This document shows positions 30,859-40,086 of a stretch of 64,000 nucleotides of DNA, in pieces. The notes below the pieces were generated by a model. It was given only the letters and a program-made list of their open reading frames with translations. It was not told the DNA's origin and searched no databases. Position 1 is the first letter of the stretch; each line of letters opens with the position of its first letter. The translations under genes and the position numbers were made by a program. Source of the stretch: an uncultured cyanobacterium (GTDB lineage: Bacteria; Cyanobacteriota; Cyanobacteriia; PCC-9006; JAAUQQ01); contig OY970368.1 in NCBI GenBank assembly GCA_963718615.1, positions 864,001 to 928,000 on the forward strand, written 5' to 3'.

Positions 30859-32247
30859 ATGTATCGCCTTGCTTATCTTTATTGGAATTCCCAACTCCAC
30901 TCGGAGCAACCAGTTTGTCCCTGGGATTTACCTCCGGAGCAGATTTATCTGGATCATGCCTCCTGCGCAGAGGATAGCGATCGCCCTGCCTTTCAGCAAC
31001 TCTTGCAAGCTTGCGATCGCCATCCCCTGGCCCAACTCTGGCTGCAGGATCTACGAGATTTAGGCGAATCTTCAGGGGCGATCGCCCAGCGCCTCACCCA
31101 GCTCGCCCAACGCTCGGTCACGCTAAGTCTCGACACAGCGACAACGGCAGAAACCATCGAGACCCCTCTAACACTGGATCCCCGGCAAGTACAGATTCTC
31201 TTACCGCTGCTGCTCCACACCCAAATTCAGTCCCACGGAGAACAAATTCGCCAGGGCCATGCCCGCAATCGTCAGCAGGCGCTTCCCCCTCCTGGCAAAG
31301 CCCCGCTGGGCTATCGTCGGGGACGCGATCGCTACCGCATCGATCGCAGTACGGCTCCCATCGTCAAAGGTTTTTTTGAACATTTTTTGCTGTACGGATC
31401 CCTGCGGGGAGCCATCCGCCATATTGCCCAAACCTATGGCAAGAAGGTGTCGGTTTCGACCGGACAACGCTGGTTGAGAAATCCAGTTTATCGGGGGGAT
31501 TTACTCTACGGCAGTGGAGACCTGGTGCGGGATACCCATGAAGCCCTCATCACTCGCCTCGAAGCGGCCCAGGTAGATCGAATTCTCAAGCGTAATCGGG
31601 CACTTCCCCCGCGAACAGCGAGTGCTCCGCGATCCCTAGCCGGACTGGTGCGGTGTCAGACTTGCCAGACTCAGTTTTCTGTAGCGCGCGTGGCTTCCCG
31701 ATCCCGTGCGGGACAATCTCGCCAGAAATCGACTCAAAAGGAATATCTGTATCTGCGGCCCCAAGCCTGTTCGCGATCGCCCCGTTGTTCCGCTGTTCGC
31801 TACGATGCCGTTTTGCTGGAAACCGTGCGACTCATTTGTGAGCAACTGCCCCGAGCTACCGCAGCCCTGGGATCGCCAGAGGGGGATCCCCGTCGTCGGG
31901 TATTAGGGGAGGCGATCGCCAAAAAAGAGCAGGCCCTTGGCCAAATCCCGGTGCTGCTGGAGGCCGAAGTTTTAGATGAAGCCAGCGCTCAGCTTCGCCA
32001 AACTCAGCTCCGCACTGAAATCGCCCGACTCTATGATCAAGTCGACCAGCTCTCCCCCGTCAATCTTCAGGAAATTGCCCAAGCCGTTACCATTCCCCAA
32101 TTTTGGCTGGATCTTTCTGAGGCAGAACGTCGTTTTTTCTTTCGAGAATTTATCCGACAGATTGAGCTGAGCTATGCCACGTCAGGCGCGGTCGAACCGC
32201 CTTGGTCGCTGCGGCTTCAGCTTATTTTCTCTCTCCAGATAGGGTAA
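30859..32247 (+). CDS. Large serine recombinase-family protein with degenerate catalytic domain
   Basis: DRPAFQQLL, APLGYRR, LRNPVYRG, HEALI, LAGLVRCQTC Zn ribbon and coiled coil; YxRxS replaced by AYLYWN. Confidence 0.8.
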   Translation: MYRLAYLYWNSQLHSEQPVCPWDLPPEQIYLDHASCAEDSDRPAFQQLLQACDRHPLAQLWLQDLRDLGESSGAIAQRLTQLAQRSVTLSLDTATTAETIETPLTLDPRQVQILLPLLLHTQIQSHGEQIRQGHARNRQQALPPPGKAPLGYRRGRDRYRIDRSTAPIVKGFFEHFLLYGSLRGAIRHIAQTYGKKVSVSTGQRWLRNPVYRGDLLYGSGDLVRDTHEALITRLEAAQVDRILKRNRALPPRTASAPRSLAGLVRCQTCQTQFSVARVASRSRAGQSRQKSTQKEYLYLRPQACSRSPRCSAVRYDAVLLETVRLICEQLPRATAALGSPEGDPRRRVLGEAIAKKEQALGQIPVLLEAEVLDEASAQLRQTQLRTEIARLYDQVDQLSPVNLQEIAQAVTIPQFWLDLSEAERRFFFREFIRQIELSYATSGAVEPPWSLRLQLIFSLQIG

Positions 32248-32508
32248 TTAATAAGTCTTGCACAGGCAAATGTTCTGGAATCCGTCAAAGTGTAAGGTTC
32301 TATGAACCTTGGCCGATCCTCTGATCTAAAGTAAGCAACAATAAAAGTCAGCAACAACAAACGCAACGGTTCAGACCTAGTCTTCCAGGGGCTCTTTATT
32401 GATCGCGCCAAACCGCATGGAGCTCAAGGATATGTATTTGGGCCAAGCTGCGTGATCTGATCTTGCTGGGTCAGGACCCAAGCCGCTTTGCCTACGAGGC
32501 CACAAGCT

Positions 32509-33117
32509 ATGAGACTTGCCCGCCGAACTGCTCCCCCAGAAGCCGAGACCAAAACTCGCATTTTGAAAGCAGCTCAACATCTTTTTGCTCGCTATGGCTA
32601 TGACGGAACTACAACCCGTGATCTAGCCCAGGCCGCAGGGGTTGCAGAAGGCACCCTCTTCCGCCACTTTCCCAATAAGAAATCGATCCTGGTTGAGCTT
32701 GCGACGGAAGGTTGGGTTGAGCTTTTAACCGATTTGCTTACCGAGCTCAGTGAAATGAGCAGCTATCAAGCCGTAGGGGATGTGATGCGGAAACGGATGC
32801 AGCATCTCAAGGAAAATACAGATTTAGTCCGGGTTTGTTTCATGGAGACTCAATTTCACCCCGATCTGCAAGAGCGGATTCAAGGGGAAGTCTTAGACAA
32901 AATGATGAATGTCGCGGAAGCCTTTTTTCAAACGGCGATCGATCGCGGCATTTACCGACCCATTAACCCCAAAGTGATTGCGCGGGTCTTTCTCGGGATG
33001 TTTATGGTGGCAGGATTTAGCGAAGTGACGATTTTGGAGCAAGATACCTCTCCCCAGATGCTGCGTGAAATGGCAGAAGGGCTTTCGGATATTTTCCTCC
33101 ATGGCGTTTTAGCCTAG
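32509..33117 (+). CDS. TetR-family transcriptional regulator
   Basis: RILKAAQHLFARYGYDGTTTRDLAQAAGVAEGTLFRHFPNK HTH. Confidence 0.93.
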   Translation: MRLARRTAPPEAETKTRILKAAQHLFARYGYDGTTTRDLAQAAGVAEGTLFRHFPNKKSILVELATEGWVELLTDLLTELSEMSSYQAVGDVMRKRMQHLKENTDLVRVCFMETQFHPDLQERIQGEVLDKMMNVAEAFFQTAIDRGIYRPINPKVIARVFLGMFMVAGFSEVTILEQDTSPQMLREMAEGLSDIFLHGVLA

Positions 33118-33159
33118 CTCTCTCCAGTCAACACGGCCAGACAAAATAAAACTACAACG

Positions 33160-33196
33160 AAAAAGGGGGGAAGACTAACGGTCTTCCCCCCTTTTT
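33160..33196. terminator. Bidirectional intrinsic terminator (TetR / mraY)
   Basis: AAAAAGGGGGGAAGAC-TAACG-GTCTTCCCCCCTTTTT. Confidence 0.88.
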
Positions 33197-33249
33197 AATT
33201 TGATGGGTCGATGAGCCTAAAAAATCCTTAGCTGCGTTGGAGTTTGGTG

Positions 33250-34347
33250 TTAGTGAACCATCCAGGAGACGAAGCCCAGGGCGACGGTTAAGAAGTAAAA
33301 CGCCCCTACCACCTTCGTTTCCGCCCAACCCGATAGCTCTAGATGGTGATGAATCGGAGCCATCTTAAACAAACGCTTGCCGACACCATCCGGCCCCTTG
33401 GTTGCTTTGTAAAAACTAACCTGAGCAATAACCGATAGCGACTCCACTAGGAATAAGCCACCAATCACCAACAGAATCCAGAGCAGGTTTGCCATCAGTG
33501 CCACTGCGGCCAAGGCCCCCCCTAGGGCCAGGGATCCCGTATCTCCCATAAAGACGCGGGCCGGATTGCGGTTATGAACCAGGAATCCCATGTAGCTACC
33601 GCTGAGGGCCGCACAGAACAGCATCAGTTCGGGGGATTGGGGAGCCGCAAAGGCCCCCAGACCGAGGAGGGCGATCGCCCCAGTCCCAGCCGCCAATCCA
33701 TCTACCCCATCCGTAAGATTGGTTGCGTTACTTTCCGCTGTCATCACAAACAACGCTAAGGGCCAGAACAGGAATCCCAGGGGGAGAATCCAGCCAAAGG
33801 GCAAATTAACCGACGTCACAGACTCTAGACCCGAACCAAAGGCTAGCCAGAGACAAAAGAGTGAACCGAAGCCAACCTGCAGGAGCAGTTTGAGTTGGGG
33901 AGAGATTCCCTTGTTGGAGCGATCGCGCAGGATCCGCCAATCATCCAGCCAACCAATTAAACCGTAGGCAAAGGTCAATCCTGCTGCGGCCAAGACCTTC
34001 GGCGCAAACCCCGAGGCCAACACCGCAAACACCAGCGCCACTGGTACCACGAAGATTCCGCCCATCGTGGGTGTCCCAGCCTTCTTCAAATGGGCTTGGG
34101 GACCGTCCTCCCGAATATATTGTTCTGCCTTGATCTGCCGCAGAGCTGGGATCACCCAGTAGCCCAAGACACCGGACAGGAGCGTACAGCAAGCAAACGG
34201 GAGAAACAAGGAATAAACGCTGGCGAAGGACCGCTGGGCGATCGCATCGAGCACTAAAGCACCCACAATCAAACCGCTGGACAGAAACCAGAGGAGTTTC
34301 GTCCCCGAGAGACCACTAGACCGATTTGCTAAAAATTTGGCATCCAC
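33250..34347 (-). CDS. mraY: Phospho-N-acetylmuramoyl-pentapeptide transferase
   Basis: KAGTPTMGG, DD, NATNLTDGVDGL, FMGDTGS and MAPIHHHLE motifs. Confidence 0.96.
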   Translation of the reverse strand: MDAKFLANRSSGLSGTKLLWFLSSGLIVGALVLDAIAQRSFASVYSLFLPFACCTLLSGVLGYWVIPALRQIKAEQYIREDGPQAHLKKAGTPTMGGIFVVPVALVFAVLASGFAPKVLAAAGLTFAYGLIGWLDDWRILRDRSNKGISPQLKLLLQVGFGSLFCLWLAFGSGLESVTSVNLPFGWILPLGFLFWPLALFVMTAESNATNLTDGVDGLAAGTGAIALLGLGAFAAPQSPELMLFCAALSGSYMGFLVHNRNPARVFMGDTGSLALGGALAAVALMANLLWILLVIGGLFLVESLSVIAQVSFYKATKGPDGVGKRLFKMAPIHHHLELSGWAETKVVGAFYFLTVALGFVSWMVH

Positions 34348-34477
34348 AGGTCAACTTTCTCGCTTCACTCTTCACAACACACCAAACAGCTTTCGCTGAC
34401 AGATTTCCGCAATCCGAATTTGAGCCTAAAAATATCGCAAAACAAAATGTTTGTCAGTGTACTTGCTCACAATACCC

Positions 34478-34723
34478 TTAGTCGTCGAGATCGTCGTCAT
34501 CATCGAAATCGTCGTCCTCGTCCTCGTAACGGCTGTCATCGGTTCCCATGAGGGCGCTGATCTCTTCTTCATCGCCTAGGATTTTTTCTAAATCAACATC
34601 ATCATCGCGGGAGATCAAACGACCGCTTTTTTCTAGCCACTCTAGAATCGACGGCTCTCCCGTTGAAGGAAGCACGGGGGCCTGCTGATAGCGAGGCTCT
34701 GCCCGAAGGGAAGGGTTATCCAT
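34478..34723 (-). CDS. Small acidic protein (DUF3134-like)
   Basis: NPSLRAEPR...SILEWLEKSGRL with Asp-rich tail; lies upstream of mraY. Confidence 0.75.
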   Translation of the reverse strand: MDNPSLRAEPRYQQAPVLPSTGEPSILEWLEKSGRLISRDDDVDLEKILGDEEEISALMGTDDSRYEDEDDDFDDDDDLDD

Positions 34724-34887
34724 AGAAAATGCCGTTTTTGCGACTCAAGCTGAAACAATGCCTAACAATGCATGCATTTGGGCAGGGTATAACTTGCCCA
34801 TTATCGGCATGTCAAGGGCACCATTCATCATAATCGAAGAAGCGAAAAGCGCCCTAGAAAGACTCTACGAAGAACAGAACAATTCCC

Positions 34888-35466
34888 ATGCTAGGCAAAA
34901 CAGAACTCTTAGAAATGCTGAATGGCCTCAATCGCGGCATTGTAGCGACTTCCGAGCAGCGAACCTGGGTAGAAGCCGCCGTGACTCGCCTTGAAGAACG
35001 AAATCCCACTCCTACACCTACGGAGGCGGCCTCGCTGCTAGATGGCGACTGGCGACTGCTCTATACGACCAGTACCGAACTCTTGGGGATCGATGGTTGG
35101 CCTTTGCTCCAGCTCGGACCGGTGTATCAATGTATTCGGGTGGCTCAGGGCCAGGTGTTTAATCTGGCGGAAGTTGAAGGAATTCCCTACTGTGAGGGGC
35201 TAGTTTCGGTGGGAGCCCGGTTTGAGGCCACAGGCCCACGCCGCCTGACGGTCCATTTTGAGCGTGCCCTCTTTGGGCTCCAGCGCTGGGTGAACTATGT
35301 CAGTCCCGCTCAGTTTATTCCGAAGATTCAGTCGGGTGAAAGCTTTGCAGCGATCGACTTCATGATTCGCGATCGCCAGGGCTGGATTGATCTGACCTAT
35401 CTGGATGCCGACCTCCGCATCAATCGCGGAAACGAAGGGAGTCTTTTCATTCTGACCAAAGTTTGA
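34888..35466 (+). CDS. PAP/fibrillin family protein
   Basis: LEERNPTP, LDGDWRLLYTTS and GWIDLTYLDADLRINRGNEGSLF motifs. Confidence 0.92.
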   Translation: MLGKTELLEMLNGLNRGIVATSEQRTWVEAAVTRLEERNPTPTPTEAASLLDGDWRLLYTTSTELLGIDGWPLLQLGPVYQCIRVAQGQVFNLAEVEGIPYCEGLVSVGARFEATGPRRLTVHFERALFGLQRWVNYVSPAQFIPKIQSGESFAAIDFMIRDRQGWIDLTYLDADLRINRGNEGSLFILTKV

Positions 35467-35485
35467 GTATGATAATAAAACTCCT

Positions 35486-35567
35486 GCGGACGTGGCGGAA
35501 TTGGTAGACGCGCTAGATTTAGGTTCTAGTGCCGCAAGGCGTGAAGGTTCAAGTCCTTTCGTCCGCA
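35486..35567 (+). tRNA. trnL: tRNA-Leu (anticodon TAG)
   Basis: GCGGACG/CGTCCGC acceptor stem; D-loop GGAATTGGTAGAC; anticodon arm CTAGA-TTTAGGT-TCTAG; long variable arm; GGTTCAAGTCC T-loop; TATGAT -10 just upstream. Confidence 0.97.
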
Positions 35568-35945
35568 TTAGCTCAGCTCATCCCCTGCAAACAACTTAGT
35601 TCATCGATGGGGATTCATTCATTGCGATAGGAATTAGGGTTATGAGAGCTTTCTGGAAGCATTCTCAGAAACTCAGGTTTTGGATCAATGGTATTCAAAC
35701 CCTTAGCCCAAGCTACTGCAAGGGTTTAGTCAGTGGAATCCTCCATTGACCGAGATGAAGCATCGTCCCGGATTTGCTCAGAATTGGGTTAAGAAACTTT
35801 ATTCTTTGTTACAACTACCGTATACTACCGAGGATAGTTGGCAGTCAGGGTGTTCAGGGGGGCTTAGCGCTTGATTTTTCAGCGTTTCAACCCTAGCATT
35901 TTGGCGTTCCGGTATCAGTCGAGAGTGGTAAGGAGTGGAACCAGA

Positions 35946-37037
35946 ATGTCGGAGGCGCAAATGCCCCTGACGGTGCCGAAGGAGTTTATACGTCCGCCGG
36001 GTCGCTTCAACCCCAATGTCTGGATGTTGTGCTCCGCGTTTGTGTTGATGGCACTGTCGGTCCTCGGTCATTTTTGCTGGCACTGGCTCGGCGTGGGTTG
36101 TTTTTTGCTGAGCGTTCTGTCGCTCCATTTAGCAGGCACGGTGATTCATGATGCCTCCCACCATGCGGCGCACCCCAATCGGGTCGTTAACGCTGTGATG
36201 GGTCATGCAAGCGCGTTGCTGTTAGGCTTTTCGTTCCCGGTTTTTACACGGGTTCACATGCAGCACCATGCCAACGTCAATGATCCGGAAAACGACCCAG
36301 ACCATTTTGTTTCAACGGGTGGTCCGCTCTGGATGATTGCAGCTCGCTTTTTCTATCACGAGATTTATTTTTTCCACCGCCGTCTCTGGCGCAAATATGA
36401 GCTGCTGGAGTGGTTTTTGGCTCGGTTAGCCGTTGCAGTCTTGGTTTACACGTCGGTGCAATTGGGTTTCTTGGGCTTTTTGATGAACTTTTGGTTCACG
36501 CCTGCCCTCGTGGTGGGCATTGCCTTGGGTCTGTTCTTTGATTATTTTCCTCATCGGCCCTTTCAAGAGCGCGATCGCTGGAAAAATGCCAGAGTCTACC
36601 CCAGTCGCATTCTCAATCTGCTGATCATGGGTCAGAATTATCACCTGATTCATCATCTGTGGCCCTCTATTCCCTGGTATCGCTATCAAGGAGCTTATTA
36701 CGCCACCCAGCACATTTTGGATGCAAAGGGCTCCCCCCAAACCCTAGGGATTTTGGAAAGCTGGAAAAGCTTTTTTAGCTTTGTCTACGATGTGTTTCTA
36801 GGCATTCGCTGGGGACACCATCCCTCCTCCGCCAATACCTCAGCCGTCACCGAAGACAATGCCACGGCCAACCTGCCCTCTTTCCCTTCCTTGAATGTCT
36901 CAACCCACACGGGTTCGACCAATAACTGTCTCTGCGTGGGCCATGGTCGACTGAGCCCCAACGGTGTTGTCGAGCAACAGCTCATGAGCGCGACCCATCA
37001 TTGTCCCACTCAACCGGTTAAAACCGGGATTCGCTAA
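35946..37037 (+). CDS. crtR: Beta-carotene hydroxylase (desaturase-type)
   Basis: His boxes HDASH, HMQHH and HLIHH; NDPENDPDH and FFDYFPHRPF motifs. Confidence 0.92.
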   Translation: MSEAQMPLTVPKEFIRPPGRFNPNVWMLCSAFVLMALSVLGHFCWHWLGVGCFLLSVLSLHLAGTVIHDASHHAAHPNRVVNAVMGHASALLLGFSFPVFTRVHMQHHANVNDPENDPDHFVSTGGPLWMIAARFFYHEIYFFHRRLWRKYELLEWFLARLAVAVLVYTSVQLGFLGFLMNFWFTPALVVGIALGLFFDYFPHRPFQERDRWKNARVYPSRILNLLIMGQNYHLIHHLWPSIPWYRYQGAYYATQHILDAKGSPQTLGILESWKSFFSFVYDVFLGIRWGHHPSSANTSAVTEDNATANLPSFPSLNVSTHTGSTNNCLCVGHGRLSPNGVVEQQLMSATHHCPTQPVKTGIR

Positions 37038-37099
37038 ACGTCGGGCTCATGGAGTAGAGTCCTACGATCGCACCACTCTAGACAACAACCTTGCCTTGC

Positions 37100-37130
37100 A
37101 AAAGGGGGACGCTACATGCGTCCCCCTTTT
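37100..37130. terminator. Bidirectional intrinsic terminator (crtR / aroH)
   Basis: AAAAGGGGGACGC-TACAT-GCGTCCCCCTTTT. Confidence 0.85.
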
Positions 37131-37185
37131 ATTGTCTCAATATGATTTTCTTAATTCAGCGATTCATCCGGGTCAAGGTGCTAGA

Positions 37186-37572
37186 TTAAACGGTCGGTCG
37201 TGCCAAGTGCCAGTCCGGTCGTAATTGCTTAGCCTGTCGCAAATAGGGGTGATACACCGTCTCATCCAGGGTTTCGCTGTTGATATGAAGCAATAGTCGA
37301 ATGCAACGCTCCAAGCTTCCCACAACGTACATTTGTTGAACATCAAGCAAGGGCACATCTCCCCAACCTGGACGCTCACGGGCGACTGAAGCCGGAAAGA
37401 TCGCATCCAAGTCTTTTGTTACAGAAAACGTAAGACTCACAATCTGGCGGGGATCAATGCGATTATGGGACTCCAGCTCATCTAGGAGCTCAGTCACCGC
37501 TTCTCGAATCGCTGCCGCAGAGTTTTCCGGCACCGTCGTCGCCCCTCGAATTGCCCGCACTTGCCACGACAC
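37186..37572 (-). CDS. aroH: Chorismate mutase, AroH class
   Basis: VRAIRGATT, DLDAIFPA and RCIR...LRPD motifs; GAGGAGG RBS before GTG 37572. Confidence 0.93.
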   Translation of the reverse strand: MSWQVRAIRGATTVPENSAAAIREAVTELLDELESHNRIDPRQIVSLTFSVTKDLDAIFPASVARERPGWGDVPLLDVQQMYVVGSLERCIRLLLHINSETLDETVYHPYLRQAKQLRPDWHLARPTV

Positions 37573-37661
37573 TACGCAATCCTCCTCAAATTTCCTAACG
37601 ATGATAGGTTTTGTTGCTATTCCCTTTGCCATTACGCTTCATTCCTAAGACTTCGTCCCCC

Positions 37662-38498
37662 CTAAGGACGATACAGCCAAAGGGGTAATCCGTTGGTCTC
37701 AAGTTCAAAGCCCAACTGCTCAAGTCCCATAGACCAACGGCTAGAAGACCGCTGGGTTCCTGAGACCAGACCACCGGAGAGGATCCGGCTCCAAAAGGGC
37801 TTGCGCTCTTCTAGGGTAAACAGCTCTGTCTTTTCTGGGTCTAGCCCAACCAATTCAGCCAGCCAACGACGGGCATCCTCTTCGGTTCCCAATCGATCCA
37901 CAATGCCTAAGGCCAGCGCTTGCTCCCCCGTAAAAATGCGCCCATCTGCAAAACTCTTCACGGCATCAACTGCTAAATTCCGGGCTTCTGCCACAGTCTT
38001 CACAAACTGCTCATAGCTGGTGTCGATGAGTTCTTGCAAAATCGACTGCTCCGAAGCGGTAAGTTCCCGGTCAAAGGCCAAAATGTCTTTGTAAGGGCCA
38101 GACTTAATCACCTGAAAGGAGATGCCTACCCGTTCTAATAGTCGCTCTAAGTTATTGCCTCGGAGAATTACCCCGATACTGCCAGTAATGGTCCCTGGAT
38201 TGGCGACAATATGATGGGCTCCCATACCGATATAGACGCCCCCCGAAGCCGAAATATTGCCAAAGCTGGCCACAATTTTTGTCTTTTTTTGTAGACGACG
38301 AAGGGCGCTGTAGATTTCTTGGGAATCACCAACGGTTCCCCCAGGACTATCAATTCGGAGCAACAGTCCTGGAAATTCCCGTTCTTCAACCGTCTTAAGG
38401 GCTTTGAGAACCTGTTCCCGAGTAGCTCCGGCGATCGCCCCTGAAACCTCAATACGAGCAAGTTTTTTACGAGACCGGCGTTTAAAGGGCCAAAACAT
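37662..38498 (-). CDS. sppA: Signal peptide peptidase SppA (short S49 type)
   Basis: LRIDSPGG, SASGGVY, TGSIGV, KSGPYKD and ADGRIFTG motifs. Confidence 0.93.
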   Translation of the reverse strand: MFWPFKRRSRKKLARIEVSGAIAGATREQVLKALKTVEEREFPGLLLRIDSPGGTVGDSQEIYSALRRLQKKTKIVASFGNISASGGVYIGMGAHHIVANPGTITGSIGVILRGNNLERLLERVGISFQVIKSGPYKDILAFDRELTASEQSILQELIDTSYEQFVKTVAEARNLAVDAVKSFADGRIFTGEQALALGIVDRLGTEEDARRWLAELVGLDPEKTELFTLEERKPFWSRILSGGLVSGTQRSSSRWSMGLEQLGFELETNGLPLWLYRP

Positions 38499-38670
38499 AG
38501 AAAAAGCAGTTTTTTGACAAAAAGATAATCAGTGTAACGATGGACTAGGTGCGGAGCAAACCCATTTCCTCCATCTATTATGTCGGTCTAGGCCCCTGAC
38601 TGACTGCGCGAATCCTGTGAAGCCACTAGAATTTGTACATTGCGCCTCGTCCTTTTCCTCTGCCCGCTCC

Positions 38671-39900
38671 ATGCGTTTTCCTGTTTCCCGGTTTGATCTG
38701 AATCGTTCGCTCCTAGCTCGTCTTTTGTTGATTGCCCCGTTTTTTTTCTGGGGAACAGCAATGGTTGCGATGAAGGGTACCCTTCCCCATACCACCCCCC
38801 TTTTCGTGGCGACACTACGCTTGGTTCCCGCAGGATTGCTGATCTTGCTGGTGGCTTGGAGTACAGGCCGTCCAGGGCCGCGAGGCTGGCAGGCTTGGGC
38901 CTGGATCTTGGGATTTGCCGGGGTGGATGGCACGCTATTTCAAGGATTCTTGGCAGAAGGTCTCCAGCGTACGGATGCCGGTTTGGGCTCAGTTATGATT
39001 GATTCTCAGCCCTTAGCGGTTGCGCTGTTGGCCAGTTGGCTGTTTCAGGAGCGCATTGGTCTCTGGGGAGCGCTAGGACTATTGCTGGGGATTACAGGCA
39101 TTAGCTTTTTGGGTCTGCCTGATGAATGGCTGGTACAGGCGGCTCACGCCTTAGTGCAGCACCTAGGGGTCGGCTCTTTGGGGAGCTGGGATGGGGGGGC
39201 TCCGGGGCCACTGTTGCTGCCCGCCGGGGTGGGCTGGGATGTCCTGTTCCAAAATGGGCAATGGCTGATGCTCTTGGCGTCGTTGTCCATGGCGGTGGGC
39301 ACGATCTTGAGTCGATATGTGTCTCGTTGGGTTGACCCTGTGATGGCGACGGGCTGGCACATGCTCCTGGGGGGCTTGCCCTTGTTATGGCTTTCAGCCA
39401 CTCAAGAAGCTCATCAATGGGAGGCGCTGACCTGGACCGATTGGTCTGCGCTGGCCTATTCGACCGTGTTTGGGAGTGCGATCGCCTATGGTCTATTTTT
39501 CTACTTTGCCGCCCAAGGTAGCCTCACCAGTCTCAGTGCGTTGACCTTTTTAACCCCGGTTTTTGCCCTGCTATTTGGCAATCTCTTTCTCCAGGAAGTC
39601 CTGACGGGTCTCCAACAGGCTGGTGTCGCTTTAACGTTGGTCAGTATTTTTCTGATTAATCAGCGGGAGAGCTTAACCCCCTGGTTTTTAGCTTGGTTCC
39701 CCCCCCAGGCAGCGCTTTCCTCCGGTAATGATCCGGACAGCCCCAAGGGGTTCTCGCAATCTTTAACGGAATCGTCCACAGAGGCTATAACCTCTGTAGG
39801 CAGTACCCCATTACCAACCGCACTACCCAAATCGTCGTCCCCATCGTCTTCAGATCCGACCTTGTCCCCGTCTTCTAACCCTTCTCCAAACGCATCTTAA
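38671..39900 (+). CDS. EamA/DMT-family transporter
   Basis: PFFFWGTAMVAMK, GSVMIDSQPL and LTFLTPVFAL motifs; about 10 TM helices. Confidence 0.9.
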   Translation: MRFPVSRFDLNRSLLARLLLIAPFFFWGTAMVAMKGTLPHTTPLFVATLRLVPAGLLILLVAWSTGRPGPRGWQAWAWILGFAGVDGTLFQGFLAEGLQRTDAGLGSVMIDSQPLAVALLASWLFQERIGLWGALGLLLGITGISFLGLPDEWLVQAAHALVQHLGVGSLGSWDGGAPGPLLLPAGVGWDVLFQNGQWLMLLASLSMAVGTILSRYVSRWVDPVMATGWHMLLGGLPLLWLSATQEAHQWEALTWTDWSALAYSTVFGSAIAYGLFFYFAAQGSLTSLSALTFLTPVFALLFGNLFLQEVLTGLQQAGVALTLVSIFLINQRESLTPWFLAWFPPQAALSSGNDPDSPKGFSQSLTESSTEAITSVGSTPLPTALPKSSSPSSSDPTLSPSSNPSPNAS

Positions 39901-40086
39901 GACGTCTCAAGGGCGTTTCAAGGGCGTCTAAAAACAGCCCATTAACCGTTTCTCCTATATTCTCTAGCCAGTGCTTTCGGTCTTCTTTTAGGTATAAAAA
40001 GTATTTTTTGTTATAAAGGCTGTGATGTTTGCGTCCGCCCATTTGCCCTTCCTGTTCGCTCTACCCCATTCACCCCTGCCAAACTG

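Noticed and set aside
30859-35567. Integrative element defined by the recombinase and tRNA-Leu
   Set aside because: The intervening genes are core genes (TetR, mraY, fibrillin), no duplicated tRNA 3' end was seen, and the recombinase lacks catalytic residues.
35200-35568. 122-aa ORF MRTKGLEPSRLAALEPKSSAS...
   Set aside because: Typical translation of the antisense strand of tRNA-Leu and the fibrillin gene.
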